A DNA stretch of 45,643 nt from a virus. Lineage: Duplodnaviria; Caudoviricetes. Position numbers and translations under genes: made by a program. Where the stretch lies: positions 1 through 45,643 of IMG/VR virus record IMGVR_UViG_3300049191_000027, one strand, 5' to 3'. The notes under the pieces were generated by a model. That model saw only the letters and a list, made by a program, of their open reading frames with translations. It ran no database searches and had not been told where the DNA came from. Below, piece by piece: positions 17,964-26,559 of the stretch (position 1 is its first letter; each line of letters starts with the position of its first letter).

Positions 17964-18038
17964 TTAGCGGTTGTTGATGCGCCGGTAGTTCGGGGGAAGT
18001 TGCTTGTTCAGGCGCAGGTAGTTCGGTGCCAGTCGCAT
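17964..18038 (-). CDS. 24-aa tandem-repeat peptide MRLAPNYLRLNKQLPPNYRRINNR
   Basis: Not in the track; AAAGGA RBS 7 nt upstream; two 11-aa units; stop 2 nt before the next ATG. Confidence 0.55.
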   Translation of the reverse strand: MRLAPNYLRLNKQLPPNYRRINNR

Positions 18039-18052
18039 GGTTCTTTCCTTTC

Positions 18053-18081
18053 AAAAAACCCCCGAGGCCGAAGCCCCGGGG
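18053..18081 (-). terminator. rho-independent terminator after the major capsid gene
   Basis: CCCCGGGGC-TTCG-GCCTCGGGGG followed by T6. Confidence 0.85.
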
Positions 18082-18092
18082 ATCAAGGAGCG

Positions 18093-19064
18093 TTAGGTGA
18101 GGTCTTGAATCTTCGCGTGCGCGTCCGGGTTCTCCATCACCACGGTGAACTCGCACAGCAGTTGGCCCTTGTCCGCGTCACCGGTCTTCGCCAGCGACGT
18201 GTACTTGATGGGCCGCAGCCACGCGGTGGACACGTAGTCGGGGTCGATGCAGAACAGCGTGGACGCGCGCATGTAGCGGTTCAGAACCACCTTGTGCTCG
18301 CCGAAGTCGGAGATGTAGAGGTCCACACCACCAACCACCACGCCCTGAGCCGTTCGGCCCTGGTTCACCGACACACCCGCGAAGCTGGTCGCGCCAGCAA
18401 AGCCGGCGACCTTCCGCTTCTGAGCCGTGCCAACCATGATGACGCTCGGGTCGCCACCGTCCGTCCACGCAGCCGTCAGAGCCGAAACCAGCGTGGTCTC
18501 GTCCAGCGCAGCAGTCGTGCCATCGGTCGGCGCGCCCCAGTCGCCAGAGGCGTAGCCCGGGGTCGTGCCGGTCGAGTCGGTCGAGGCCGAGAAGATGCGG
18601 TTGCCCGCGATCATGGATTCCCAGCCGGCCGCCTGGCGAGCGGTCTGCGAACCACCAACGCTCGAGGCTTGGTTGCGCACGATGGTGAACTCGATGTCGC
18701 GCTTGAGTTCCTTGCCGCGCTTCATCAGTTGGTACGCGAATTCCTCCGCGCGGCCGTACTTGCGAACAGCGTCGGCAGTGCCGGAAACCAGCACCGTCTT
18801 CTGTGCGATCTGCAGGCGGTTGGACAGCATCACCGTCGGCGCAGCAGTCGCATACGAGGCGTCATCGCCTTCGACCGCCTTGTTCGAGCTCGCCGCAGCC
18901 AGCGAGTCGGTCTGCCACTGGTGGTTCGTCGCCGTGGCCTTCTTGCGCTTGCCCATGGTCAGGGCCGGCGTGTCGGTCGGCGAGATGTTGAAAATGACGT
19001 CCTCGACGTCCTCGGCCATGCCGACGAGATCGTAGGTGTCAAGGGTTCCGGAAACTTGGGTCAC
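18093..19064 (-). CDS. major capsid protein (DUF5309/SU10-like)
   Basis: EDVEDVIFNISPTDTP, HQWQTDSL, ELKRDIE, LAKTGD; follows the scaffold gene; terminator downstream. Confidence 0.9.
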   Translation of the reverse strand: MTQVSGTLDTYDLVGMAEDVEDVIFNISPTDTPALTMGKRKKATATNHQWQTDSLAAASSNKAVEGDDASYATAAPTVMLSNRLQIAQKTVLVSGTADAVRKYGRAEEFAYQLMKRGKELKRDIEFTIVRNQASSVGGSQTARQAAGWESMIAGNRIFSASTDSTGTTPGYASGDWGAPTDGTTAALDETTLVSALTAAWTDGGDPSVIMVGTAQKRKVAGFAGATSFAGVSVNQGRTAQGVVVGGVDLYISDFGEHKVVLNRYMRASTLFCIDPDYVSTAWLRPIKYTSLAKTGDADKGQLLCEFTVVMENPDAHAKIQDLT

Positions 19065-19069
19065 TTTGC

Positions 19070-20062
19070 TTACCTTTTACGGAAAGCGGACCTCGCCAGC
19101 AGTGCCGCCGCAGCGTCTTCAAGACGCCCCGACTTCTGAAGACGCTTCATCGCGTCGCTTACCTTGGCTTGGGCCGCTGAATTCGGGCTCCCTGCAGCGC
19201 CTGGCTTCAGGGTCTTGGTCGGGGCTTCCACCCGCTTCAGCGTCGGACCTTTGGCCGTCCTCATCGCATGCCCGTAGGCCGCGTCGTCGAGGATCTGAAC
19301 CATCCATGCATCGGTTACGCCCTGAAGGACGCCATCCGGTGCTCCCTTGCTCTTTGCGTACTCGGACAGGCTCTTGGCCTTGTCCGCGCTCCAGCCCTTG
19401 ATGTGGGTCGTGAAGAGCTTCTCAGCATGTTCTTTGCGAGCAGAGAACGCCTTTTGCTCTTCAGCCTGCATGGCTTGGATGTTCTGGGCGTATTGCCCTT
19501 CGATCCGGCCCTTTGCAGCCTGGAGTTGGTTGTATTCCGCGTTGAGGCGGGTCAGCGTCTCAGTGTCAACGCTGTTGATGTCCACGCTTTCCAGCTGCGA
19601 CAGCCTGCGCGCGACCATCCTGTGATCGGCGATCAGGTCGGCCTGGGCCTCGCTGATCTTCTGCAGTTGCTTGACGGTCTGGTGTTGAACCTCAGCGGCT
19701 TTCCGAAGGTCGGCGGCCTCCTGAAACTTGCGCGTCGCACCGGCCTCAACCTCTTTGGCCCTGGCTTCGATGCGCTTCGCGGTCTCAGTCAGCTTGGCGG
19801 GGACCTTGAACTTCTCCCCCGCCACGTCGATTTCGGTTTCACCCTCGTCTTCGGAATCCTCGGTCTCCTGCGGGACTGATTCCTCCTGGCCGGCGTCGCC
19901 TTTCGGCTGCTCGGGCAGGGTTTCGTCCGTGGTTTCCTCGGTTTCCGGCTGATCAGCTTGGGCCGGTCCGTTGCCCTTCCACCGATTCAGCAGTTCGGCC
20001 ACACCTTGTTCTTCGGTGAGGCCCTGTGGAGCTTCCGTTGCCGGCGTACTCTCGATTCCCAT
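19070..20062 (-). CDS. capsid scaffolding protein
   Basis: Acidic N-terminus, coiled coil, C-terminal RLQKSGRLEDAAAAL; directly upstream of the capsid gene. Confidence 0.8.
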   Translation of the reverse strand: MGIESTPATEAPQGLTEEQGVAELLNRWKGNGPAQADQPETEETTDETLPEQPKGDAGQEESVPQETEDSEDEGETEIDVAGEKFKVPAKLTETAKRIEARAKEVEAGATRKFQEAADLRKAAEVQHQTVKQLQKISEAQADLIADHRMVARRLSQLESVDINSVDTETLTRLNAEYNQLQAAKGRIEGQYAQNIQAMQAEEQKAFSARKEHAEKLFTTHIKGWSADKAKSLSEYAKSKGAPDGVLQGVTDAWMVQILDDAAYGHAMRTAKGPTLKRVEAPTKTLKPGAAGSPNSAAQAKVSDAMKRLQKSGRLEDAAAALLARSAFRKR

Positions 20063-20086
20063 TAATCCTTTCGGGAGCGGGCTCGA

Positions 20087-20380
20087 TTATCGAAGCCCAA
20101 ACTCGCTAGCGGAATGTCGAGGTTTCCGCTCGACCTCCAGTTTAGCGAGTTTCCCGTCATTTACAACCTTTTGGAGATACTGCAGATACTTGCCGTGCAT
20201 ATATTGCATGGCCTTTATCTGGCTCAGGGCCTCCAAATCCGTCGGAACCGCGCCGGTAAATAGCCGATATAACTCGGCGTCAATATGTTCGCGGGCCGCG
20301 ATAAATACCGGGTCAGTGAGTATTTGCTCTGCGCGTTGCCCTGCAGCAATCTCGGTTTCTTTCTTGTCCATGTGCCTCAC
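20087..20380 (-). CDS. small conserved head-module protein
   Basis: GQRAEQILTDPVF..A motif of the small gene usually found between portal and scaffold. Confidence 0.7.
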   Translation of the reverse strand: MRHMDKKETEIAAGQRAEQILTDPVFIAAREHIDAELYRLFTGAVPTDLEALSQIKAMQYMHGKYLQYLQKVVNDGKLAKLEVERKPRHSASEFGLR

Positions 20381-21264
20381 AAGAGCGCGATGAGCGCCGC
20401 AATTTCGTCGGATTCGTCCTGCTTCTGCTTGGATTTTGCAGCCTCGAACGCCTCTTTGCCAATCGGTCGCGCCTTCTTGTCCTTGTGGATAACCTTGACC
20501 TGCTCGCGCTGGATAAGGTCGCGCGACAGCAGGAAGGCCAACTCCTCGTCGGTGACGTTGTGGTATTTCTTGCCGTCGATGATGTAGTTACGACGGCGCT
20601 TCTTGGCCGGCGTACCAACGGCGCGCTTTGGCGGGATAACAGCCGCCTCTCTCCAGTCGCCCTCTGTGGTGACGGTGCCACTCAGCGCAATCGACGTGGA
20701 CGGAGAGACGCCAAGATCCAGGGCAAGCGCACCGGCCACCCCAGCAACCCCAGCCATGGACGGGCCGGCAGTGACACTGAGGGCGAACTGCCGCCTAGTG
20801 CCAAAGTATCTCGACCCAAAGAACCTGGAGCCGAAGTATCTCGAGCCGTAGTAGCACCCGGTGCCGGGGACTGGCAGACCAAACGAGAAGCTGGCCGCCC
20901 CCATCGTCACTGCGGCGCTCAGTGCAGCCACCTCTAGCGGTGGCGTTACCGCGAAATCGGTCTCATTGTCGAAACTGAGTACGGCGCCAACGGATACCGT
21001 CCCAGCTAACCCGAGCGTCGCGGATGGCGCCACCGGCCACGGGAAGGACAGATCCCCCGCAACACCGACAACGCCAGCGATGGACGGTCCGCTGGTCTGG
21101 GCCAATGCAAACGCGCTGATGCGCTTCGTGCCCCAGTACCGGGGGCCGAAGTAGCGCACGCCGAAGTTTCGGCCGCCGAAGTAGCGCCCAAGGACAACCA
21201 GCCCCCGGTGACCGAAATAGCGCTCACCGAAGAAGCGTTGCCCGAAGAAGCGGCCCCCAAACAC
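20377..21264 (-). CDS. R[YF]FGx pentapeptide-repeat protein (putative virion decoration)
   Basis: Three blocks of R[YF]FGx repeats, internal duplication, acidic-hydrophobic C-terminus DESDEIAALIALL. Confidence 0.65.
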   Translation of the reverse strand: MFGGRFFGQRFFGERYFGHRGLVVLGRYFGGRNFGVRYFGPRYWGTKRISAFALAQTSGPSIAGVVGVAGDLSFPWPVAPSATLGLAGTVSVGAVLSFDNETDFAVTPPLEVAALSAAVTMGAASFSFGLPVPGTGCYYGSRYFGSRFFGSRYFGTRRQFALSVTAGPSMAGVAGVAGALALDLGVSPSTSIALSGTVTTEGDWREAAVIPPKRAVGTPAKKRRRNYIIDGKKYHNVTDEELAFLLSRDLIQREQVKVIHKDKKARPIGKEAFEAAKSKQKQDESDEIAALIALL

Positions 21265-21278
21265 CGCCGCGCCCCTTC

Positions 21279-21884
21279 TTAGGTCAGGTCACGAGTCACC
21301 GCAGTGCGATTGCCGTCCGCATCCACGGTCGCAGAGATGCGATCCTTGGAGTCGGCCAGGTCTCGATACACCGCCGTCGTGGTCCCGAGACCGCTCGCCT
21401 TGCCGCCCATCGCCGAGTTCTGCAGCCGCACCGACTGGCGGGCAGTGGTCGTGCCGTCCACTTGCTCGTCCCACACCGCATCGACCTCGGCCGCAAGCGC
21501 GGTGGCGTAGGCCGTGCCGGCGAACTGCGTAGCATCGACCTGGAGCAGATCGCCGCCGCCGATCAGCGAGTCATAGACGTTCGCCGCGAGGACGACGCAT
21601 TCCACACGCACCGGCAGGGCGCCGGAGACGTGAACAAAGACGATCATCGAACCCAGCGTGTCGGTGTCGGTCGCGTCCAAAACGGCGTAGTAGATGCCGT
21701 TCGAGATGTGTGTTCCGCCGCCGCTGTTCTTGTTGGCAAGCGTGGTCGCGCCGGCCTTCCAGAGCTTGATATCGGTGTTGGCGATGGTCAGCGCGGTCTC
21801 TTCGGTGTTGCCGTCCGTGCTGTCAACGAAGTAGCCCAGCGGAATTTCCTGCGAGGCCGTGGATTGTTTGAGATAGATGGACAT
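21279..21884 (-). CDS. putative virion structural protein
   Basis: MSIYLKQSTASQ..; C-terminal RISATVDADGNRTAV; Thr-rich. Confidence 0.65.
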   Translation of the reverse strand: MSIYLKQSTASQEIPLGYFVDSTDGNTEETALTIANTDIKLWKAGATTLANKNSGGGTHISNGIYYAVLDATDTDTLGSMIVFVHVSGALPVRVECVVLAANVYDSLIGGGDLLQVDATQFAGTAYATALAAEVDAVWDEQVDGTTTARQSVRLQNSAMGGKASGLGTTTAVYRDLADSKDRISATVDADGNRTAVTRDLT

Positions 21885-22549
21885 CAGGAAATCCTCTGTT
21901 GGCAAAGATGATGCATGGCGCGCGTGGCGCCGTTCGCGCTGGTGGCGTCACCCAGTTCGATGGCATCGAGCCCGATCAGCGCAGTCCCGTTGCCACTGAG
22001 CAGAGCCCCTGGCTTACCGGTGGTAAGGGTGGCGGTGTAGTTCGATCCGATCTGCACGCGGTCCTTGAACACCTTGATCGTGCTGCCGATCACCTCCACC
22101 CCGATCTTGTCGGTGTTGGTCCAGGCCACGCCGGTGATGGTTGCAAGCGTCGAGGAGGTGCCGTTGACCATCTCGACCACCTGCACCGTGTGGTTGGAAC
22201 CACTGGCTGCGTCGTCCTCGACGTAGGCGCCAATGAAGTCGGCACCTGCGTCGGTGTCGGCGCTGATGCGCACGCCCACGCCAGCGAAATACTGCGAGCC
22301 GTTGAAGGCCATGCCGACAACGGGGCCCTCGGCATACTGGTCGTTGGAGAACGTGCCGGTGCCGTTCCACCGAATCACCTGATAGTGCGCAGTGCCGCTC
22401 GACTTGCCGTAGACAGCCTGGCTGACGATCTGCGGCGGCGTCGCATCCCACGCCAAGTCGCGGATGTGCGTCCAATTGGCGCCGACGTTGCCATCGGCCC
22501 TGTTGAAATCGTCAGTCGGCGCGCTGCCGTTGACTGGGTTCCATGCCAT
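21884..22549 (-). CDS. putative beta-sandwich/lectin-like virion protein
   Basis: DDFNRADG...W N-terminus; concanavalin-like beta-strand pattern. Confidence 0.55.
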   Translation of the reverse strand: MAWNPVNGSAPTDDFNRADGNVGANWTHIRDLAWDATPPQIVSQAVYGKSSGTAHYQVIRWNGTGTFSNDQYAEGPVVGMAFNGSQYFAGVGVRISADTDAGADFIGAYVEDDAASGSNHTVQVVEMVNGTSSTLATITGVAWTNTDKIGVEVIGSTIKVFKDRVQIGSNYTATLTTGKPGALLSGNGTALIGLDAIELGDATSANGATRAMHHLCQQRIS

Positions 22550-22566
22550 CTCAGGTCACCTTGAAG

Positions 22567-25500
22567 TTAGATGAGCGCTAGCGCGACCTGCTGCGTGGTG
22601 CCGGCGATCCAGCCCAGGCAGTCGGTGACCTCGCTGTCGAAAAGGCAGGTGTAGTGCTCCTGCGTCTCCGTCCGGTTGGGCAGGCCAGAGCCGCCGATCG
22701 TGACTGAGCCACGGTCCCATGTGCCGCCGGTCCCGTAGGCATTGGTCTGCGGCGGCGTAATGGTGTTGAGCACGTTGCCGGTGGACGAGCCCTTCTGGTA
22801 CAGCTTGCCTTTTCGCCGGTTCCAGACCCAGGTGTTGGCGCCGTTGTTGTTTGCGAAGCCTGGGCCACCAGGGGTGAGCTGCACGATGGTCGCAGGCGAC
22901 TGCGTCAGGTCCGTACCGAACATCAGGCCGGCACCATCGACGAAGATCAGTACCCGGCGTTCCGGGATGATCGCCATCTTGGTGTAGGTGCCGGGCGTGC
23001 CCGACGGCGGCCAGCCGGTCAGCGCCAGCGTCTGGAATGTCATGTCGCTCAGGCGGATGTACGAGATGAACTGACGAGTCCAGAACGCGGAGTCGGTGAA
23101 GTAGATGCGGCCATCGACCGGGTCGTAGGCGGATGAGCCTTCGACGTGGATGGTGGACGAGGCGTTCGCGCTGGCGCAGGCGCGCGTGAAAAGCCCCGTG
23201 TCCAGATCCACCTGGTGAGCCGAGGGCGACGAGAAGTTGCCGCCATCGGGGCCGTTGAACATGGCGCCCCGCGTGGGCGAGATGACCACACCCTTCTTGC
23301 CGCGGCGCAGCGCCACGTGCGAAGCGTAGATGTGCCCCGGGACTGGCATCTCCCCGATAGTGGCCGAGAGCATCTCGTACCACGGCGCTGCGTTCGCTTC
23401 TGCCGGCCACACCGGCGTCGAGTTCAACGGCACCCCGTTTGCGTTGGGGAGCAAGAACCACATGCGCGTGGCGATGTCGAAGCCGATGCAACCCAACAAC
23501 CCCTGGTTGTTGTGGCCGCCTGGGTTCGCCAGGATCCACGCACCAGCATCGCCATACCACGGCACGAACACGCCGCCGCCGTATGGGTGGAACGTGCTCA
23601 GGTCGAACTGCCCATCCGTCCAGCCGGCCGGCTTGATGGAGCGCGCGGTGTTCAGGCCCACGAGCACGCTGGTGTTGACCGTGCTCGGCAGGGTGTAGGC
23701 GACAGCCGGCAGCGCGCGAGGCTTGATGCCCCACTTCGGGTTGTTCACGAGCGTGGCTTCGCCGGTGACCCAGTTGGTCGCGCCGTGTAGGCGACGGTAG
23801 GCGGTGAGCGCGCCCTCGGCACGGTGCTGCGCGGCATAGGAGATGGCGCAACTCAGGATGGCCCAGTAGCTGTCGCCGGTCAGGTTCGTGGGCGTGCTGT
23901 TGCCAGTGCCCTGCAGCGTGTTCGTCGCAGTGGTGTTCAGGCTGCCGTAGTTCTTGAGGTGGACATCCCCCCAGTTCTTGGCGAACCCGTTACCGCTGTT
24001 GTCGTTCGCGACCTTATGGCCGTAGTTGGCGCCCAGGGTGAAGTCGTGATCGTGAGAGAGGCCGCTGCCGCCGAGCAGGCCGACGGCAGGCCCGTAGCTG
24101 AAGTCCCGGACACGCTCCACCGTCTGGTAGTTCGCATCCGGAACGCAGTCGTTCTCGCTGTTCATCGCGTTGGCGATGGCCACCCACCACAGCTGCCACA
24201 TCGGGATGTCGCCGGCCGTGATCCAAAGACCGTGCTCGCGGATGTGCAGGATGCCGAGCGCGCGCGGCGGAGTCAGGTCATGAACCCGAGTCAGCAGCGC
24301 GTTGTAGTTGTTCACCAGCAGGGTGCGGTACTCGGCGGCGATCTGCCCGCCAGCGAGTTCCGCATCCGGCGCAATCGCCGCGAACTGTCCCAGCGTGCGC
24401 ATGAGCCACGCGAAGCCGCGAATCTGCTGGTTCGCCGATGCGTCCGTGCCAGTGAGCAGGCGATTCACGCCGCTGCCGGCCGCCGAGTGCACGCACAGGT
24501 AGGCCGTGGCCATGTTCAGCGCCATCGTCTCGTAGTGCCAGCGGTCGCCCGTCAGCATGTATGCGAGATAGCCGCCACTGCCGTGGTGCGCCACATCCCA
24601 GTTGTAGGCGCTGTTCGGGGCGCCATTGGAGCCGCCCTGGTTCGGGCCATCCTGCGTCCAGGTGCCGAACGTCGAGAGCTTCAGGACGTTGCCGTCGGCC
24701 GTAAGGCCATTCGCAATGTTGTAGCTGTTCAGCGACGAGGAGGCACACAGCACGGCGCGGTACGCGCGTGCATCCCCGCTGGTGAGGTACTTGGCATCGG
24801 CATCGGTGAGCGGCCCGATCTGGAACTGAGCCCCGGTGCTGGACATGTCGGGCTCGATCGGCCCGTTGCTGCCCAGCACGTAGTTCTGAATCAGCGCGGC
24901 CAGCGTGGCGTTGTCCGGGTCGCCATAGCCGTACATCGGCACCAGCTGCGTCGACAGGATGTAGTCCACGTCGAAGGTCGGCGTGATGCTCGGGTTGGTG
25001 CCGTTCGTCCAGTACCAGCCGTCCTGGGTGTTGTCGCCCATGATGCGGGCGCCGACCCGCAACGTGGCGTTGACCCCGCCGTTGTTGAACACCGTCGTGC
25101 CGTTGACCACGAAGGTCGGCACGAAGACGCGCTCGGCGATCGTGGTGTCCTTGGCCCCCGAGCCGTTGTCCAGCCGCCCGTTGGCGATGAACGGCTTGCA
25201 CTGCACGCGGCCGTCGATGTAGACACGCACGCCCATGCAGCCCATCTGCTTGGTGGTGGCGTCGATCTGGCGAAACCAGAACTCGCTCATCACCGGGGTC
25301 TGCTTGGAGTAGTACGGCGTGTCCGTGCGCGGGTTGAAGGTCAGCGTGGCGCCACTAACGCCGATGCTGTAGGTGCCAGTCGGGATGTCGGTCTGGGCGA
25401 GGTTCGTGCCAGAAGACGGCGGCGTGCCGGCAGCCATGAACACCGTTACCGGTGTGTTCTGCGTCAGCGTGGCCCTCCCAACAATCAGGACATGCTTGGC

Positions 25501-26046
25501 GCTGCCGTCGTTCCAGGTGCGCAGCACGACCGCGCGGTAATCAACAAGGTTGCTGCATGTGATCGAGTTCGGCACCTCACCCTTGCCGAACGGATGGCAG
25601 AGGTAGAAGGGATATGTGCCAGTGCCAGCGTTGGTTGTCGTGAGCTCGAAAGAGGCCAACGTCCCGCCGGCAACGGTCGTGAACGTGATCGGCGTCCCAA
25701 GGTTGGACAACCCACCGTTGTTGGTGATGCTGACTGATGACGCCCCATCGCTCGCCCTCGTCACAGTGAACGTCTGCGCAGCCGTAGAGCCAGCAGAGAA
25801 GGTGAGCGAGGTCGGCGACACAGATCCGGCATTGGTCGCGGCCGGCGTGACCACCACCGACGACGACAGCGCACCGTTCGGCGTCACCGTGAATGTGGTT
25901 GCAACGCCATTCACGCCTGTCGTCGGGCCACTGAGCGTGAACGCCGTTGCGGCCCCCGGTCCAGTGTCCTGCGCCAAGTCTCCAGTAATGGCCGCTACCG
26001 CCTGCACCGAGAGGCGAATAGCCTTGGTCAGGCGGAATGCCGTCAT
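22567..26046 (-). CDS. large (1159 aa) modular virion protein, carbohydrate-active-like
   Basis: Thr-rich Ig-like N-terminus; HPFGKGEV..TWNDGSAKH (PcRGLX/RIFT-barrel-like); HHGSGGYLAYMLTGD helical-barrel segment; propeller-like C-terminus. Confidence 0.6.
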   Translation of the reverse strand: MTAFRLTKAIRLSVQAVAAITGDLAQDTGPGAATAFTLSGPTTGVNGVATTFTVTPNGALSSSVVVTPAATNAGSVSPTSLTFSAGSTAAQTFTVTRASDGASSVSITNNGGLSNLGTPITFTTVAGGTLASFELTTTNAGTGTYPFYLCHPFGKGEVPNSITCSNLVDYRAVVLRTWNDGSAKHVLIVGRATLTQNTPVTVFMAAGTPPSSGTNLAQTDIPTGTYSIGVSGATLTFNPRTDTPYYSKQTPVMSEFWFRQIDATTKQMGCMGVRVYIDGRVQCKPFIANGRLDNGSGAKDTTIAERVFVPTFVVNGTTVFNNGGVNATLRVGARIMGDNTQDGWYWTNGTNPSITPTFDVDYILSTQLVPMYGYGDPDNATLAALIQNYVLGSNGPIEPDMSSTGAQFQIGPLTDADAKYLTSGDARAYRAVLCASSSLNSYNIANGLTADGNVLKLSTFGTWTQDGPNQGGSNGAPNSAYNWDVAHHGSGGYLAYMLTGDRWHYETMALNMATAYLCVHSAAGSGVNRLLTGTDASANQQIRGFAWLMRTLGQFAAIAPDAELAGGQIAAEYRTLLVNNYNALLTRVHDLTPPRALGILHIREHGLWITAGDIPMWQLWWVAIANAMNSENDCVPDANYQTVERVRDFSYGPAVGLLGGSGLSHDHDFTLGANYGHKVANDNSGNGFAKNWGDVHLKNYGSLNTTATNTLQGTGNSTPTNLTGDSYWAILSCAISYAAQHRAEGALTAYRRLHGATNWVTGEATLVNNPKWGIKPRALPAVAYTLPSTVNTSVLVGLNTARSIKPAGWTDGQFDLSTFHPYGGGVFVPWYGDAGAWILANPGGHNNQGLLGCIGFDIATRMWFLLPNANGVPLNSTPVWPAEANAAPWYEMLSATIGEMPVPGHIYASHVALRRGKKGVVISPTRGAMFNGPDGGNFSSPSAHQVDLDTGLFTRACASANASSTIHVEGSSAYDPVDGRIYFTDSAFWTRQFISYIRLSDMTFQTLALTGWPPSGTPGTYTKMAIIPERRVLIFVDGAGLMFGTDLTQSPATIVQLTPGGPGFANNNGANTWVWNRRKGKLYQKGSSTGNVLNTITPPQTNAYGTGGTWDRGSVTIGGSGLPNRTETQEHYTCLFDSEVTDCLGWIAGTTQQVALALI

Positions 26047-26423
26047 TACGTGATTTGGAGCGAGATCGTCAGGCCGCCAGGGCAGCTAACAGAGGTTGCC
26101 GTACCCGGAATCACAGCATCCGAGACCTGTAGATCGCCAGTACCAACGCCAACGCTGCCGGTGATGCGGGTGGCACCCCCCGAAGTGCGAAGCTCGAACT
26201 TCGCGATGGTCCCAGCCGTCACAGACGTGTCCGCACTGATGGTGTTGGACGTGGCAACAGCCGGGCTAGCCGTGGTCGCAGCACCGAACGCAGTCGCTGA
26301 GAACGTGAGGTTCGCCAGTTCGGCATCCGCTGCGGTAAGCAGGCGGAATTGCCCAGAGTTCAGGAGTGCGGTGATGCCGTTCAGGCCGGCGGCCTTGCAC
26401 TCATTCGCTACGCTGATCGTCAT
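26046..26423 (-). CDS. putative virion structural protein
   Basis: 125 aa Ala/Thr-rich, LANLTFSATAFG..A; coupled to the large gene. Confidence 0.65.
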   Translation of the reverse strand: MTISVANECKAAGLNGITALLNSGQFRLLTAADAELANLTFSATAFGAATTASPAVATSNTISADTSVTAGTIAKFELRTSGGATRITGSVGVGTGDLQVSDAVIPGTATSVSCPGGLTISLQIT

Positions 26424-26556
26424 TCATTTGCTCCTGGCTCAACGGAACCTCCGTCTTCAGTTCAATGGTCTTGATGAGGTTGCCTGTGGCGTCTCGGCAC
26501 TCGAAAGTGCCACTGATCACCAACTTCGCATTCACCTCTGCCGGCGTTTCGGTCAT
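26401..26556 (-). CDS. hypothetical protein (51 aa)
   Basis: Not in the track; MTETPAEVNAKLVISGTFECRDATGNLIK...; GAGGA RBS at the portal stop. Confidence 0.6.
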   Translation of the reverse strand: MTETPAEVNAKLVISGTFECRDATGNLIKTIELKTEVPLSQEQMNDDQRSE

Positions 26557-26559
26557 GCA

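Noticed and set aside
17776-18156. Open -1 frame running from the capsid 3' end through the terminator, suggesting a T7 10B-like capsid extension
   Set aside because: No slippery heptamer before the capsid stop; the G/T run lies after the stop; the separate small ORFs explain the region
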